Origin: an uncultured virus (IMG/VR IMGVR_UViG_3300035520_001855)
Lineage: Duplodnaviria; Heunggongvirae; Uroviricota; Caudoviricetes
DNA: 20,433 nt
Virus record (IMG/VR): IMGVR_UViG_3300035520_001855
Reading direction: 5' to 3' (one strand)
The notes under the pieces are model-generated. The model saw only the letters and a list, made by a program, of their open reading frames with translations. It made no database searches and was not told where the DNA came from. This document shows, one piece after another, positions 19,440-20,433 of this stretch (the first letter of the stretch is position 1; each line of letters begins with the position of its first letter). Both the position numbers and the translations under genes were made by a program.

Positions 19440-19595
19440 AATGGATATTAAAAGGTACAAACAGTTATTAACCCTCTTGAATAAAATATATTAGTAACCC
19501 TTTAGTATTTGCTATATTCGGAAGAAAGTTGTATCTGGGTTACTCTCCCCTTGATAATTTTTTGGTTTATCTGCTTGTGCCCTTTAATATCCATT
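19440..19595 (-). other. 156-nt element bounded by 25-bp imperfect inverted repeats with an internal 8-bp stem; structured RNA/ssDNA candidate
   Basis: AATGGATATTAAAAGGTACAAACAG (19440-19464) vs reverse complement of 19571-19595 (AATGGATATTAAAGGGCACAAGCAG): 22/25 match; internal AGTAACCC (19493-19500) / GGGTTACT (19537-19544). Confidence 0.75.
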
Positions 19596-19619
19596 GTTGA
19601 ATATCTCAATTCAACAATG
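19592..19619. repeat. Perfect 11-bp inverted repeat whose loop contains the stop codon of the 275-aa gene
   Basis: CATTGTTGAAT (19592-19602) ATCTCA ATTCAACAATG (19609-19619). Confidence 0.85.
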
Positions 19620-20433
19620 AATATCTTAATGTGTAATCCTTGTTAAAATTGTTTGTTTGCGTCAGCCTATTATTTGCAGACACATTGCTCAATACTGGTA
19701 TGTTCATTGCCACATCAAAACTTACATTTACCTTTAAATCATAGTATGGAATTACTGTTCCATTCTGTACGATTTGTGCAACATCCGTATCATGATCAGA
19801 GTTTAAGTATACTGGTCCTAGTTTTGCTTTGATGTCACTTTCACTTGTTGTGAAATTCAGGCATTCTGACTGTGAATCAAAATTTGTATCATATGTAACA
19901 ACTACTGAATTAATATCAACATTGACTAAATTAAAATCATCTGCTGATTTTTGTAATGTTTGCTTTAATGTGTTTTCCATTATAGTATTTAAACCCAAAG
20001 CTCCAGAACTTGTCAGCTGTAAATTTACATAAGGCAATGCTAAATCCATTGGAACTAAACCAATCAATTTCTGAGTATCAGTATCCTCTAAAAGAGTAAC
20101 AGCTTCATCAAAATTTCCATTTGAATCCAGCTCACTTAAGTAATCGTTAAATTCACTACTTCTAGTCAATACCATTAAATCATTATAATAGAAATTATAA
20201 TAATCTCGATTTTGTTCCTGAATTGTTTGTCCAGGTGTATATGCTGATGTATCATCATGTACCGATGATTGTGTACTCCTTACTGCTGATTCGAATGCAG
20301 CCATAACTTGACAGTCAACTCTTTTTATCATTGTGAAGTATTGTACAATACCAACATATGCAAAGAAAATTGTAAAAAATAAAGTTGAAAATACACAGAA
20401 GGCTGCAAATCGAATAAGAAATTTCTTAAACAT
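19606..20433 (-). CDS. TadE/TadG-like pseudopilin candidate (at least 275 aa; ATG is at the window edge, so it may extend)
   Basis: N-terminal TM running into an amphipathic helix (VQYFTMIKRVDCQVMAAFESAVRS); C-terminal LKVNVSFDVAMNIPVL...YTLRY strand pattern as in Tad minor pilins. No prepilin cleavage motif visible. Confidence 0.4.
   Translation of the reverse strand: MFKKFLIRFAAFCVFSTLFFTIFFAYVGIVQYFTMIKRVDCQVMAAFESAVRSTQSSVHDDTSAYTPGQTIQEQNRDYYNFYYNDLMVLTRSSEFNDYLSELDSNGNFDEAVTLLEDTDTQKLIGLVPMDLALPYVNLQLTSSGALGLNTIMENTLKQTLQKSADDFNLVNVDINSVVVTYDTNFDSQSECLNFTTSESDIKAKLGPVYLNSDHDTDVAQIVQNGTVIPYYDLKVNVSFDVAMNIPVLSNVSANNRLTQTNNFNKDYTLRYSLLN

Noticed and set aside
19440..19595. Retron msr-msd or IS element
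   Set aside because: No reverse transcriptase or transposase in the window and no evident target-site duplication.

Overview
AT-rich (about 30% GC, estimated by eye) Firmicutes-type DNA with AGGAGG/GAGGTG ribosome-binding sites. All 16 credible genes are tightly packed on the minus strand, many with overlapping start/stop codons. It looks like part of the mating-pair/secretion region of a large conjugative element (megaplasmid or ICE). Type IV secretion (T4SS)-like parts: a VirB4-family ATPase, a PrgI/VirB3-like membrane protein, a 1933-aa polytopic VirB6-like protein, two or three paralogous VirB2/pilin-like proteins, and an unannotated membrane-anchored gene running off the left edge. Interleaved with these are modules resembling Tad/type IV pilus parts: a receiver-like plus degenerate MinD/CpaE(TadZ) protein, a stand-alone PilB/GspE N-terminal-domain protein, and a TadE/TadG-like pseudopilin. 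There are also very acidic proteins and an LPD28-like small gene. Each of the three intergenic gaps over 100 bp carries a short hairpin next to or overlapping a 21-25 bp inverted repeat just upstream of an RBS; one could fold into a ~156-nt rod-like structure. No relaxase, coupling protein, rRNA, tRNA, CRISPR or transposase is visible. Family assignments come from motif recognition, not database searches.
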